Below, piece by piece: positions 9,817-19,548 of a DNA stretch of 64,000 bases. The notes under the pieces were generated by a model, which saw only the letters and a program-made list of their open reading frames with translations, ran no database searches and had not been told where the DNA came from. The stretch comes from Candidatus Multivoradales bacterium (GTDB lineage Bacteria > Acidobacteriota > Thermoanaerobaculia > Multivoradales > Multivoraceae): the NCBI GenBank assembly GCA_965223325.1, contig CBDCWI010000001.1:1568001-1632000 (forward strand), written 5' to 3'. Numbering within the stretch: the first letter of the stretch is position 1; every line of letters begins with the position of its first letter. The translations under genes were made by a program, and so were the position numbers.

Positions 9817-11304
9817 CTAGGAGCGTGCCTTGCGTCGGCGCACATGCGCCGGCGCACGCACGCGATGGATGCGCATGAGGTTGGTGGGCGGCCGCTCTCG
9901 AATCGGGTCACCGTGCAGAACGACAATGATGTCGCCGACCTTGGCAATGCCCTTGGCAATGAACAACCGGTCAACCAGCTCGACGACCTCGGTGTGCTGC
10001 TCGACACGCTCGTCGAAAAGGAGCGACTCGACACCCCAGACCAACCTCAGGTGGCGCGCCGCCTCGACCGACTGAGTCAGCGCGAAGACCGGGCGCGACG
10101 GGCGACGGCCGGCGATCTGCCGGGCCGTGAAGCCGCCCTGGGTGAGCGCGACGATCGCCACTGCGTCGGTTTGATGAGCCGACATGACGGCGGCGGCCGA
10201 CACGGTCTCGGGAATCTCGAGAGTGCCCGGCCGGTCCGGAGGGTCGAGGTTGTAGGCCCCCGGCGCGTTGATCGAACTTCCGGCGTGTCGGCGATGGTAG
10301 CGCTCCGCTTCATGGATGATCCGCGCCATCGTCTGCACCGCCTTGATCGGATGCCTGCCGGCTGCCGACTCGCCCGAGAGCATGAGCGCATCGGCACCGT
10401 CGAACACTGCGTTGGCGACGTCGGAAGACTCGGCGCGCGTCGGCCGCGGGTTCTCCATCATCGACTCGAGCATCTGGGTCGCAACGATGACCGGCCGCCC
10501 GAGTCGCCAGGCGGCATCGATGATGCGCTTCTGGAGGACCGGCACCTGGTGTAACGGCACTTCGACGCCCAGGTCACCGCGCGCCACCATCACCGCATCG
10601 GATGCCAGGACCAGCTCCTCGAGATGGTCGATGGCTCGGCCGCGCTCGAGCTTGGCAATGATTGGGATGTCACCACCGGCGCGCTTGATCCCGCGGCGCA
10701 CCGCATTCAGGTCGTCGGCGGTTCCGACGTAGCTGGCTGCTATGTAGTCGGTACCTTCTTCGACTGCCATCCTGATGTCGCGGCGATCTTTGCGGGAGAT
10801 GGTGAACGGGAGCTTGCTATCGGGAAGGTTCAAGCCCTTGTGATTCGAAACCGGGCCTCCCGAAACCACCCGGACCCGCACCCGCCGCAAGCGCTTCGAA
10901 ACCACTTCGAGCTCGATCAAGCCGTCGCCGATGAGGACCCTTTCGCCCTTCTTGAGGTGGTCGACGATCTCATCGCCTGACACTGGAAGGTCTTCGTTGC
11001 CCTGGTCTCCGAGCGTCAGAACTTCGCCCTCGACCAGCTCACGCCGCCCGCCGTTGATTGTTCCCAGCCGATAGCGCGGGCCCATGAGGTCTGCGATGAC
11101 TCCCACCTCGATACCCAGGCGCGCGCTCACCGCCCGAATGCGGTGAATGGTCTCGCGGTGCTCTTTGGGTTTACCGTGTGAGAGGTTGAGCCGGCAGAGG
11201 TCAGCCCCAGCCTCGAAAAGGCGCTCGAGGCTGGCCTCGTCCCACGACGCCGGGCCAACGGTCGCCACGATCTTCGCTCGGCGCCTCGGCGCCAGGTTCG
11301 GCAC
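9817..11304 (-). CDS. pyk: Pyruvate kinase
   Basis: KIVATVGPAS, RLNLSHG, IIAKLE, MVARGDLGVE, ATQMLESM, PTRAE, LMLSGESA. Confidence 0.96.
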   Translation of the reverse strand: MPNLAPRRRAKIVATVGPASWDEASLERLFEAGADLCRLNLSHGKPKEHRETIHRIRAVSARLGIEVGVIADLMGPRYRLGTINGGRRELVEGEVLTLGDQGNEDLPVSGDEIVDHLKKGERVLIGDGLIELEVVSKRLRRVRVRVVSGGPVSNHKGLNLPDSKLPFTISRKDRRDIRMAVEEGTDYIAASYVGTADDLNAVRRGIKRAGGDIPIIAKLERGRAIDHLEELVLASDAVMVARGDLGVEVPLHQVPVLQKRIIDAAWRLGRPVIVATQMLESMMENPRPTRAESSDVANAVFDGADALMLSGESAAGRHPIKAVQTMARIIHEAERYHRRHAGSSINAPGAYNLDPPDRPGTLEIPETVSAAAVMSAHQTDAVAIVALTQGGFTARQIAGRRPSRPVFALTQSVEAARHLRLVWGVESLLFDERVEQHTEVVELVDRLFIAKGIAKVGDIIVVLHGDPIRERPPTNLMRIHRVRAPAHVRRRKARS

Positions 11305-11307
11305 GCG

Positions 11308-12336
11308 CTAGTTCCTCTCGCCACCGGCAACCAAGAGCCGCACCAGATCGGCGACCCGGTTCGAGTAGCCCCACTCGTTGTCGTACCAGGATAGGACCCG
11401 CACATAGCCACCCGACAGCGTGGTCGTCGAAAGCGCATCAAAGATCGATGAGTGGGCATTGCCAATCACGTCGGTCGAGACCAGCGGGTCTTCGCTGTAC
11501 TCGAGAACGCCGCGCATGGGTCCTTCGGCGTGTTCGCGCACCAGCCCATTGATCTCGGCGACTGTGGGTTGCTGTTCGAGCCGCACTGTGAAGTCGACAA
11601 TCGAACCGTCGGGAACCGGAACTCGAATCGCCATGCCATCGAGCTTGCCGTCGAGTTCGGGCAAGACCTTGCCAACCGCGCGCGCCGCGCCGGTGCTGGT
11701 TGGAATGAGGTTCTCTGCCGCCGCCCGGCTCCTGCGCAGGTCTTTGTGTGGCACGTCGGCGAGTCTCTGACTGCTGGTGTAGGCATGCACAGTGGTAATG
11801 AGACCCTCACCGATTCCCCAGGCCTCGTGGAAGATCTTGGCGAGCGGTGCGAGACAGTTGGTCGTGCACGATGCGTTCGAGACCAACCTGTGTTCCGGCC
11901 GGAGGTCGTCATCGTTGACGCCCATCACCACGATCGCATCGAGGTCGTCCTTCGGCGGAACCGTGAGCACGACCTTGCCGGCGCCCGCCGCCAGATGGCT
12001 CTCGAGCTGCGCACGTTTCCGGAACACCCCGGTCGCCTCGACGACCACGTCGACGCCGTACTCGCCCCATGGGATCTTCGCCGGGTCGCGCTCCGCCGTC
12101 ATCACGATGCGCTCTGAGTTCACCGTCATGTCGTCTTCACCAACCTCGACGGGAAGCTCGAAACGGCCCTGCACCGAGTCGAAACGCAGAAGGTACGCCA
12201 GCTGCTCGTTCTCATAAAGGTCGTTGATCGCCACCACCTTGGCATCGTCGCGGTGAGCGAGAATCCGAAACACCGATCGCCCGATGCGACCGAAACCGTT
12301 GATGCCGACTCGAATTGGCTTCGCTGGAGCGCTCAT
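11308..12336 (-). CDS. gap: Type I glyceraldehyde-3-phosphate dehydrogenase
   Basis: GINGFGRIGR, NASCTTNCLAP (catalytic Cys), WYDNEWGYSNR. Confidence 0.96.
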   Translation of the reverse strand: MSAPAKPIRVGINGFGRIGRSVFRILAHRDDAKVVAINDLYENEQLAYLLRFDSVQGRFELPVEVGEDDMTVNSERIVMTAERDPAKIPWGEYGVDVVVEATGVFRKRAQLESHLAAGAGKVVLTVPPKDDLDAIVVMGVNDDDLRPEHRLVSNASCTTNCLAPLAKIFHEAWGIGEGLITTVHAYTSSQRLADVPHKDLRRSRAAAENLIPTSTGAARAVGKVLPELDGKLDGMAIRVPVPDGSIVDFTVRLEQQPTVAEINGLVREHAEGPMRGVLEYSEDPLVSTDVIGNAHSSIFDALSTTTLSGGYVRVLSWYDNEWGYSNRVADLVRLLVAGGERN

Positions 12337-13374
12337 CTAGGCCGCCTCCCTTTCGAGTCGTCGTAGGCGGTAGATCAAGTCGAGGAGTCGGTTGACGTAG
12401 CCCTGGTGGTTGTCGAACCAGGCAATCGTCTTCGACAACCGGTCTCCCAGCACTCGAGTCGACGGTCCATCAAAGGTTGCCGAGTAGCGGCTGTTCTCGA
12501 TGTCGGTCGAGACGATCGGGTCGTCCTCGTACTCGACAATGCCGAACCAGTGGGCGCTCGCGGCAGTGCGAATCACTTCGTTGATCGAAGTCACATCGAC
12601 CGGCTCGCGATGCCAACAGGTGAGGTCGACGACCGAACCATTGGGCACCGGAACGTTCATCGCGCTGGCGAAGATCTTGCCGTTGAGCTGCGGCAGAACG
12701 CCAGTGATCAGCGGCGCCGTGCCGGTTTCCTGGGGAATGATGTTCTCTGCCGCGGCGCGCCCCGAGCGCATGTCTTCGGTGGGTACATCCGCCAGGCGTT
12801 GTTTGTTGGTGTAGGCGTGGACCGAGTTCAGAAAACACCGCTCGACGCCAAAGGCGCGGTCGAGAATCTCGAGAATCGGCGCTGCGCAGTGCGCAGTCGA
12901 TGACCCGTTGGAGATGATGCGATGGCCGTGCGCCAATTGATCGTCGTTGAGCCCCACGAAGGCCGTGATGTCGGGGTCATCGAGGGGCGGCACGCAGAGC
13001 ACCACGCGCCCCGCCCCGCGCTCGAGGTGCCCCTCGAGCTCGGCCCGCGAGCGCGACGTTCCACTCGCCTCGATCACAACGTCGGTCCCGTGCGCCGCCC
13101 AGTCGATCTCGCCCGGCTCGGTGGTGGCCACTAGCGGAATGCGCTGACCGGCGAGAAAGAGCGCTTCCTCGCTCGCCGAGACATCGACCGGGAAACGACC
13201 GGCGAGGGTATCGAAGCGCAGGAGGTACTCGAGCGTCTCGGAGTCTGCCGGGTCGGCGATCGCTGTGACCTCGACATCCTCGAGGTCCCAGACCAAGCGA
13301 AGAAAGTTGCGGCCGACACGGCCAAAACCAGTCAAGCCGACACGGATCGGCTTCTCGGAACGAGTTGGCGACAT
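12337..13374 (-). CDS. GAPDH paralog with catalytic Cys replaced by Ser
   Basis: Full-length GAPDH sequence (GLTGFGRVGR, VHAYT, RAAAENIIP, WFDN) but NGSSTAHCAAP at the active site. Confidence 0.88.
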   Translation of the reverse strand: MSPTRSEKPIRVGLTGFGRVGRNFLRLVWDLEDVEVTAIADPADSETLEYLLRFDTLAGRFPVDVSASEEALFLAGQRIPLVATTEPGEIDWAAHGTDVVIEASGTSRSRAELEGHLERGAGRVVLCVPPLDDPDITAFVGLNDDQLAHGHRIISNGSSTAHCAAPILEILDRAFGVERCFLNSVHAYTNKQRLADVPTEDMRSGRAAAENIIPQETGTAPLITGVLPQLNGKIFASAMNVPVPNGSVVDLTCWHREPVDVTSINEVIRTAASAHWFGIVEYEDDPIVSTDIENSRYSATFDGPSTRVLGDRLSKTIAWFDNHQGYVNRLLDLIYRLRRLEREAA

Positions 13375-13538
13375 GAGGTGCGCCTCTTGGATCGTGGAAT
13401 GAGAGTGCTCGGGAGTTCCCGAGACCGGACGGAAGCAGGCGGGACTTGGCGGCAGGAGGTCTCCCCGGCCTCTTGCTCTGGGCCTAGGGATCGGAGCGAA
13501 AGGCTATCGCAATCGCCGTTCTGGATCTCCCGTCACCA

Positions 13539-14672
13539 TCACTTCCGCTCGAGCGCCTGCGTGAGGTCACTCCACAGGTCTTCGATGTCTTCGATTCCCA
13601 CGCTCAGGCGCAGGAGCCCCGGAGGCAAGTGCTCCTGCCCGGGAATGACACTGCGGCGCTCCATCGTCGACTCGACGGCTCCCAGGCTGGTCGCATGTTG
13701 AATCAGTTCTACCCGCCGACAGACTTCGTCTGCACGTTCGCCGCCTCCCGTGACATCAAACGAGAGCATGCTGCCAAAGCCACGCAGCTGCTGACTGGCG
13801 AGCTCGAAGCCGGGATGTGAAGGCAAACCGGGATAGCGCACCAGCTCGACGGCCGGGTGCGCCGCGAGTCGACCCGCGAGCTCGCCGGCGTTCTCCTGGG
13901 CGCGCTCGAGTCGCAAGGCCATGGTGCGCAGGCCGCGAGTTGCGAGGAAACACTCGAGGCCGCCGGGCGTGGCTCCCGCCAGTAGGCGACTGGCCCTGAG
14001 CTGCTCATAGACCGCGTCGCTCCGAGTCGTCGCCGCACCGGCCAGAAGATCAGAGTGCCCACCGATGAACTTGGTGGCCGACTGGATCGAGACGTCGGCG
14101 CCGAGTTCGAGCGGCTGCTGGTTGAGCGGGGTTGCAAAAGTGTTGTCGACCGCCAGGATCGCTCCCGGCTTACGTTTCGCCCGGCAGATCGCCTCGATGT
14201 CGGCGATGACGAGCAGAGGATTGGAGGGCGACTCGAGCCAAACGAGATCTGCCTTTTGCAGGACCTCGATCCACCGCTCGGTGCTGGCGGTGGGAATCTG
14301 CACCACCCGGAATCGACCGAGCTCCTCGCCGCGCCGCGCCAGCCCGGTCACCCCTTGGTAGCAGTCGTCGGGCAGGGCGATGGTCGAGCCGGTGGCCAGC
14401 TGGTCGAAGACCGCTGCGATGGCCGCCATGCCCGAGGAGAAGACCACTGCGCGGCCCCCTTCGAGGCCACCCAACAGCGACTCGAGGGCGAGCCAGGTGG
14501 GCGTTCCGTCATCGCGGGCATACTCGAAAGTGCCACCGAGTTTAAAGTTCGACGCAGGCACGATGGGTACGTTCAGCGGCGCACCCTTCGCCGGACCTTC
14601 CCCTGTGCTGCGCCCTCCCGAGACCAACCGCGACGAGATCGTCCAGGATGGACGGTCGCTCCTTCGACCCAT
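13539..14672 (-). CDS. PLP-dependent trans-sulfuration enzyme (cystathionine gamma-lyase/synthase family)
   Basis: FSSGMAA, ESPSNP, DNTFATP, SATKFIGGHSD, LRLSVGIE. Confidence 0.88.
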   Translation of the reverse strand: MGRRSDRPSWTISSRLVSGGRSTGEGPAKGAPLNVPIVPASNFKLGGTFEYARDDGTPTWLALESLLGGLEGGRAVVFSSGMAAIAAVFDQLATGSTIALPDDCYQGVTGLARRGEELGRFRVVQIPTASTERWIEVLQKADLVWLESPSNPLLVIADIEAICRAKRKPGAILAVDNTFATPLNQQPLELGADVSIQSATKFIGGHSDLLAGAATTRSDAVYEQLRASRLLAGATPGGLECFLATRGLRTMALRLERAQENAGELAGRLAAHPAVELVRYPGLPSHPGFELASQQLRGFGSMLSFDVTGGGERADEVCRRVELIQHATSLGAVESTMERRSVIPGQEHLPPGLLRLSVGIEDIEDLWSDLTQALERK

Positions 14673-14681
14673 TTCCCCTCC

Positions 14682-16751
14682 TCAGTCGCCCGCCGGCAAA
14701 GGCAACGCGCGGCTCTCGAATGCCCGCGCCGCGGTGAACGCGCGCCGCGGCGTCTCACTGCGCACCTGCTCGAGCCACAGCACGCCATCGAACTCGCCGC
14801 TGTTGCCGCGCGTGGTCATGAAGTCGAGATCACCGTCGCCATCAAGGTCGCGGGCAATGAACATGTCGTTCATGCCACGCACCCGACGCGAGATGTCATG
14901 ACGCGCCCACGCGGCGTTCGTCGTCGCGTCGCCGCTCATGCGGTTCTCGAACCACGCGATGCGCCCCACCCGACTCTGTGCGGTGATCTCGGGCCCATCG
15001 CGATCGCGCGGCTCCTGGCTGTAGCCGCCAGTGATCAGGTCGAGATCACCGTCACCGTCGATGTCGGCGAGGGTGACTCCAGTGGGTGAGTCGGGGGCGA
15101 CCGAGCCAATGGGGTGAATCGACCATGGCTCGCTCCGGTCGCTGGGTTGTTCGAGCCACACATTCGTAAAGGGCGTCTCCTGCAAGACGACGTCGAGATC
15201 GCCGTCGTGATCGAGGTCGGCGAAGGCCATGTTCATCCCGGTCAGCCGCTTGGCGCCCGATTCTTGTGGCACCGACCGGCCGCTGACCTCGATGGGGTGC
15301 TCTTCGAACGCCAGGCTTCCGCGCTCGATGAGGTTCTCGAACCAAAAAACGCGCGCTTCGGCACGACTCCCCGCGATGAGATCGAGGTCACCGTCACCGT
15401 CGAGGTCGACCGGGCGGAGATTGATCGGCACTCCGATCCGGCGAAGCTCGTGTTCGGTCCAGCTCGCGTCGTCGAGCGGATCGCCATCGATGGAAAACCA
15501 AGACAGAGCCCGTAGGTCATCGGGATCGCCGGCGGTGAGCCCGGCGTAGAGCACCGCACCTTTGTTTGGCGCTGTTGCTTCGAGATCACCGTCGCCGTCG
15601 AGGTCGGCGAGAAAGGCCCTGATCCAGGAACCACGATCGACGGTCATCGACGGCTTGTGGCTGTCCCACACTCCACTCCGCACTGCGCTGGCGCCGCCAG
15701 GTGTCAAGGGGTTCTCGAAATAGATCAGGTGGTCGAGCTCGGCCGCCGCCAGCAGATCGAGGTCACCGTCCTGGTCGACGTCGCCAACCGCAACATCTTC
15801 AATGGTGTCGACGTCTTCACCCTCGGCCAGAGTCACGAGCTCCCAGCGATCCGGGTCGTCAGTGCCAAAGGCTAGCCGCAGGTGGCTCGAGTCTTCGTGC
15901 ACCGAGATCACGTCCTCGTACCCATCGCCATCGAGATCCGCCATCTGCAAGCCGTCGGCGCCACGCAGGGCGACGCCCGAGATGCCCTGATCGTCGACTC
16001 GATGCTCACGCCAGGTGATGAACGTGCCCTCCGGCGTCGTTGCCAGGCCCGGTTGGTCATCGACAGCAGAGCCCGCCGGGTCGAGAGCGCGCACTTGCAG
16101 ATCGGCAAAACGAACGTCGCCTTCGCGGAACTGCAGGCCGATCGCCGCCGGCGGCAACGGTTCCGGATCGAGATAGTCGACGACCCGCGCACCGTCGATG
16201 TAGACCGTGATGTGTCCCCCCTGCAGGCGAACCAGAAGGTCACGGGTGACGCCGCCATCGAAACGGCGCTCTGGATCGGGCGGCGGCACCGCCTGGGCCA
16301 CAGCCCGCGCCACCAGGCTGCCGGTGGGAAAGGGGTGGGAAGGAGGCGCGATATTGACTTCGTAGCAACCCGTCGCTGGCTCGGTGCAACCTTCGGTCAT
16401 GCGCAGAAAGATTCCAGAGTTGGTCTCGAGCGGTGACCAGAAGGTGAGCGACAGCTCGAAGTCGCCGTAGGGCTTCTCGGTAAGCAGAAAGCCTGGCTCA
16501 CCATCGTCGACTCTGATCACACCGTCTTCGAGACGCCAGTTGGCATCGCTCGTCGGCTTCCAACCTTCGAGACCATGTGCCCCCATGGGCGAAGTCCATC
16601 CACCGCCACGAACGAGCCACACCTTGGGTTTTCCGTCCGGGTCAGGAGCAGCCTCGCTGTCGCCGCCCGGCGAGCACGCAGAACCGAGGCCGATCACGCA
16701 CCCCGCCACGAGTGCGAGCATGACTCGAACGTGGGGTTCAGTGCTCTTCAT
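14682..16751 (-). CDS. Lipoprotein: DUF1080-like N-terminal domain plus FG-GAP/VCBS repeats
   Basis: Lipobox LGSAC; W.LEDGVI...YGDFELSL...NSGIFLR...IGLQ; many DLDGDGDLD repeats. Confidence 0.75.
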   Translation of the reverse strand: MKSTEPHVRVMLALVAGCVIGLGSACSPGGDSEAAPDPDGKPKVWLVRGGGWTSPMGAHGLEGWKPTSDANWRLEDGVIRVDDGEPGFLLTEKPYGDFELSLTFWSPLETNSGIFLRMTEGCTEPATGCYEVNIAPPSHPFPTGSLVARAVAQAVPPPDPERRFDGGVTRDLLVRLQGGHITVYIDGARVVDYLDPEPLPPAAIGLQFREGDVRFADLQVRALDPAGSAVDDQPGLATTPEGTFITWREHRVDDQGISGVALRGADGLQMADLDGDGYEDVISVHEDSSHLRLAFGTDDPDRWELVTLAEGEDVDTIEDVAVGDVDQDGDLDLLAAAELDHLIYFENPLTPGGASAVRSGVWDSHKPSMTVDRGSWIRAFLADLDGDGDLEATAPNKGAVLYAGLTAGDPDDLRALSWFSIDGDPLDDASWTEHELRRIGVPINLRPVDLDGDGDLDLIAGSRAEARVFWFENLIERGSLAFEEHPIEVSGRSVPQESGAKRLTGMNMAFADLDHDGDLDVVLQETPFTNVWLEQPSDRSEPWSIHPIGSVAPDSPTGVTLADIDGDGDLDLITGGYSQEPRDRDGPEITAQSRVGRIAWFENRMSGDATTNAAWARHDISRRVRGMNDMFIARDLDGDGDLDFMTTRGNSGEFDGVLWLEQVRSETPRRAFTAARAFESRALPLPAGD

Positions 16752-16811
16752 GAGCTTCTCCGGCGGTCAAGAGTCCAAAGGGGCCGCCACTCACTGTACC
16801 CAACTGTCGCC

Positions 16812-17768
16812 TCAACTGACCTGATTCGGCGCTGCCATGCCGCCCAACACCGCCTGGATGTTCTGCACCGCCATTTCGGCCATGCGCAAGCGAGTGGCTT
16901 CGCTGGCACTTCCCAGGTGCGGCAGCAGCACGGTGTCGTCGCGCTGGCGTAGCGCCGCCGGGACCTCGGGCTCGCGCTCGAAGACATCGAGCCCGGCCCC
17001 GGCAAGCCCGCCCTCCTCCAGCACGTCGATGAGTGCTCGCTCGTCGACGACTGGTCCGCGCGCCGTGTTGATCAAGTAGGCAGTCGGCTTCATGCGAGCT
17101 AACCGCTCGCGGTCGAGAAGGTGGTGGGTGTCTTCGTTGTAGGCGGCGTGGAGTGAAACGAAGTCGGCACGCTCGAGAAGCGCATCGAGCTCACAGAACG
17201 CAACATCCAACCGCCGTTCCTCTTCTGGCGGGAGGCGGGTGCGGTTCCAGTACAAGACCGGCATCGAGAAACCGCGTGCTCGCCGCGCCACCGCACGCCC
17301 GATGCGGCCGAACCCCACGATCCCCAGGGTGCTCCCATGGACGTCACGACCGAGCAACTGCAACGGCCCCCAACCCGGCCAGTCGCCGCTGCGCACCCAA
17401 CGGTCGCCCTCGACGACCCGCCGCGCCGTCGCGAGCACGAGGGCAAAGGCGAGATCAGCCGTGGTTTCGGTCAGAACGTCGGGAGTGTTGGTGACGACGA
17501 CCCCACGCTCCCGAGCTGCTGCAACGTCGATGTTGTCGTAGCCCACCGCCATGTTGGCAACCACGCGCAGCTCTGGTGCCTGGTCGAGGAGTTCCGCGTC
17601 GACCCGATCGGTAACCAGCGACAAGAGGGCGTGGGCCCCCGAGGTGCCGGCCAGCATCTCAGCACGGGTGGCCGGCCGATCGGCCGTTTGTAGATCGACC
17701 GTAAGAGATCCCTCCAGTCGCTCCACCGCCGCTGCCGGAATCGGGCGGCTTACAAAGACCCTCTTCAT
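16812..17768 (-). CDS. D-2-hydroxyacid dehydrogenase (glyoxylate/hydroxypyruvate reductase, GhrB/GyaR-like)
   Basis: AVGYDNID, TNTPDVLTETTAD, GIVGFGRIG, INTARG, LDVFERE, LPHLGSAS; start could be the GTG at 17795. Confidence 0.9.
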   Translation of the reverse strand: MKRVFVSRPIPAAAVERLEGSLTVDLQTADRPATRAEMLAGTSGAHALLSLVTDRVDAELLDQAPELRVVANMAVGYDNIDVAAARERGVVVTNTPDVLTETTADLAFALVLATARRVVEGDRWVRSGDWPGWGPLQLLGRDVHGSTLGIVGFGRIGRAVARRARGFSMPVLYWNRTRLPPEEERRLDVAFCELDALLERADFVSLHAAYNEDTHHLLDRERLARMKPTAYLINTARGPVVDERALIDVLEEGGLAGAGLDVFEREPEVPAALRQRDDTVLLPHLGSASEATRLRMAEMAVQNIQAVLGGMAAPNQVS

Positions 17769-17781
17769 CTCCGGCGGGCGC

Positions 17782-19122
17782 TCACGAGAGCACACCCTCG
17801 CGCGCAGCGCGGTCGAGGATCTCTGAGATGTGGAGAACCTGCGGCCTCGACTTCTCTGGCGCGAGGCGTGCGAGCGCCGCGCGCAGTTGCATCAAACAGC
17901 CAACGTTGGCGGTTGCGATGACTTCGGCCCCGGTCGCGAGGAGAGCCTCTGCCTTGCGGTCACCAAGCTCGCGGGCAACTTCCGGCTGGTCGAGGTTGTA
18001 GATGCCGGCCGAGCCGCAGCACACTTCAGGACTCTGCGGCTCGACCAGCTCGAGGTTCTCGATCTCCTCGAGCAGCAACCTCGGCGCCGCGTTGACACCC
18101 TGGGCGTGCAGAAGATGGCAGGCGTCCTGGTAGGCAACACGGGTTGGGGTCACCAGCGACAGCGCCGGCCGAGGCACCACGCCAAGCAGGAATTCGGTGA
18201 CGTCCTGGGTGGCCGCCGCCACCCTCTCTGCAACCTGCACCTCGCCCGAAGACGCGTCGCCACGACCCGCAGCGAAAAGAGCTGGCCACTCCGCCATTCC
18301 GGAGCCACACCCCGCCGCATCGGTCACCACCGCGTCGACGTCGCCCGACGTCAGAAGCTCGTCGAAGGTGTACATCGAAGAACGCGCCGCCTCACGGGCC
18401 AAGTCTTCTTCGCCCGCATGCAACGCCAACGATCCACAACAGGCGGCTGCTTCACGCACCACGACCCGAACCCCGGCGCGCTCGAGCACCGCGACGGTCG
18501 CACGATGGACCTCCGGAGCGGCAGCGGTTTGTACGCAGCCGCGCAGGACGGCGACCGACTCGTGGGCATCGGGCGGCTCCGCGACAGCCCCAAAAGTCTC
18601 CCTTCTCCTCCGAGCGGAGCTCGGCCCTGGCAGGAGGTCGAGCGGCGCTCGAAGCAGGACAGGCAAGAAGGGGAGGACCGGCCGGAGGATAAAGCGCGCG
18701 ACTTTGCCCAACCGAAAGGCGAGCGACGCCAGCCGCGCCGACATCAGAACACGCAGCAACGTGCGACGCCGCAAGCGCCTCCACCAGCCGTCGCGTTCTC
18801 GCTCGGTCAATGCCCGGAAGGGAGTGATCAGCTCCCGATACGCGACACCTGAGGGGCACGACGTTTCGCAGGCCAGGCAGCCGAGGCAGGGATCGACACT
18901 CGGCAGGACCTCCTCGAGCTCGAGCCCGCCCTCGAGCAACTCCTTGATCAGCAGAATGCGACCGCGCGGCGACTGCGCCTCCTCCCCAAGCACGACGTAG
19001 GTCGGACAGGTCGCGAGGCAAAAACCGCAGTGCACACACGCGTGAACCGCTCGAGCCATGCCCGAGGCGGCATGGTCGCCAACCTTCTCGGCGAGCTGCT
19101 GGTGCGGAATCGCGTGTTGCAA
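17782..19122 (-). CDS. glcF: Glycolate oxidase iron-sulfur subunit
   Basis: CVHCGFCLATCPTY, CLGCLACETSCPSGV, two CCG domains, YQDACHL. Confidence 0.88.
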   Translation of the reverse strand: MQHAIPHQQLAEKVGDHAASGMARAVHACVHCGFCLATCPTYVVLGEEAQSPRGRILLIKELLEGGLELEEVLPSVDPCLGCLACETSCPSGVAYRELITPFRALTERERDGWWRRLRRRTLLRVLMSARLASLAFRLGKVARFILRPVLPFLPVLLRAPLDLLPGPSSARRRRETFGAVAEPPDAHESVAVLRGCVQTAAAPEVHRATVAVLERAGVRVVVREAAACCGSLALHAGEEDLAREAARSSMYTFDELLTSGDVDAVVTDAAGCGSGMAEWPALFAAGRGDASSGEVQVAERVAAATQDVTEFLLGVVPRPALSLVTPTRVAYQDACHLLHAQGVNAAPRLLLEEIENLELVEPQSPEVCCGSAGIYNLDQPEVARELGDRKAEALLATGAEVIATANVGCLMQLRAALARLAPEKSRPQVLHISEILDRAAREGVLS

Positions 19123-19150
19123 ACGCTATTGCCCCGGACGCGGCCCGCTC

Positions 19151-19453
19151 TCAGGCCAGGTATGAGTAAGCGTCGAGGGTCAGGAACTCGTTGAAGCCGC
19201 TAGAGAGTGGGAGGTCGTCGAGCAGGTCAACGGCCGTGCCGTAGTGCGCGTTCCCACGACCGCCGAGCCTTTGGCGCTCCCCGTCATGCTCGCCGGCTTC
19301 GATGCGCGCATGACGTTCGGCGCGGGCGGCGGTCAACTGCTGGCGGCAGGCGTCGAGTTTCTTGTGCAGGTGTTCAACGAGCGCCAGGGCCTCGCGAGTG
19401 AGAACCTGCGGCGCCGCCGCACTCGTCGTGTCGAGGATCTTGATATCAGGCAT
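19151..19453 (-). pseudogene. aceB: Internally deleted malate synthase A: N-terminal helix fused in frame to the C-terminal helix, 100 aa
   Basis: VLTREALALVEHLH...ARAERHARIEAGE resembles the MSA N-terminus; FNEFLTLDAYSYL resembles the MSA C-terminus; the TIM barrel is absent. Confidence 0.7.
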
Positions 19454-19548
19454 CGGCGAGGGAAACGGGCGGCGAGCGAGCACGCTGCCGTTCTAACGAT
19501 CAGAGTGTTAGAGGAAGAGACGGGATCATAGCAACCCTCCGGGTTGTT

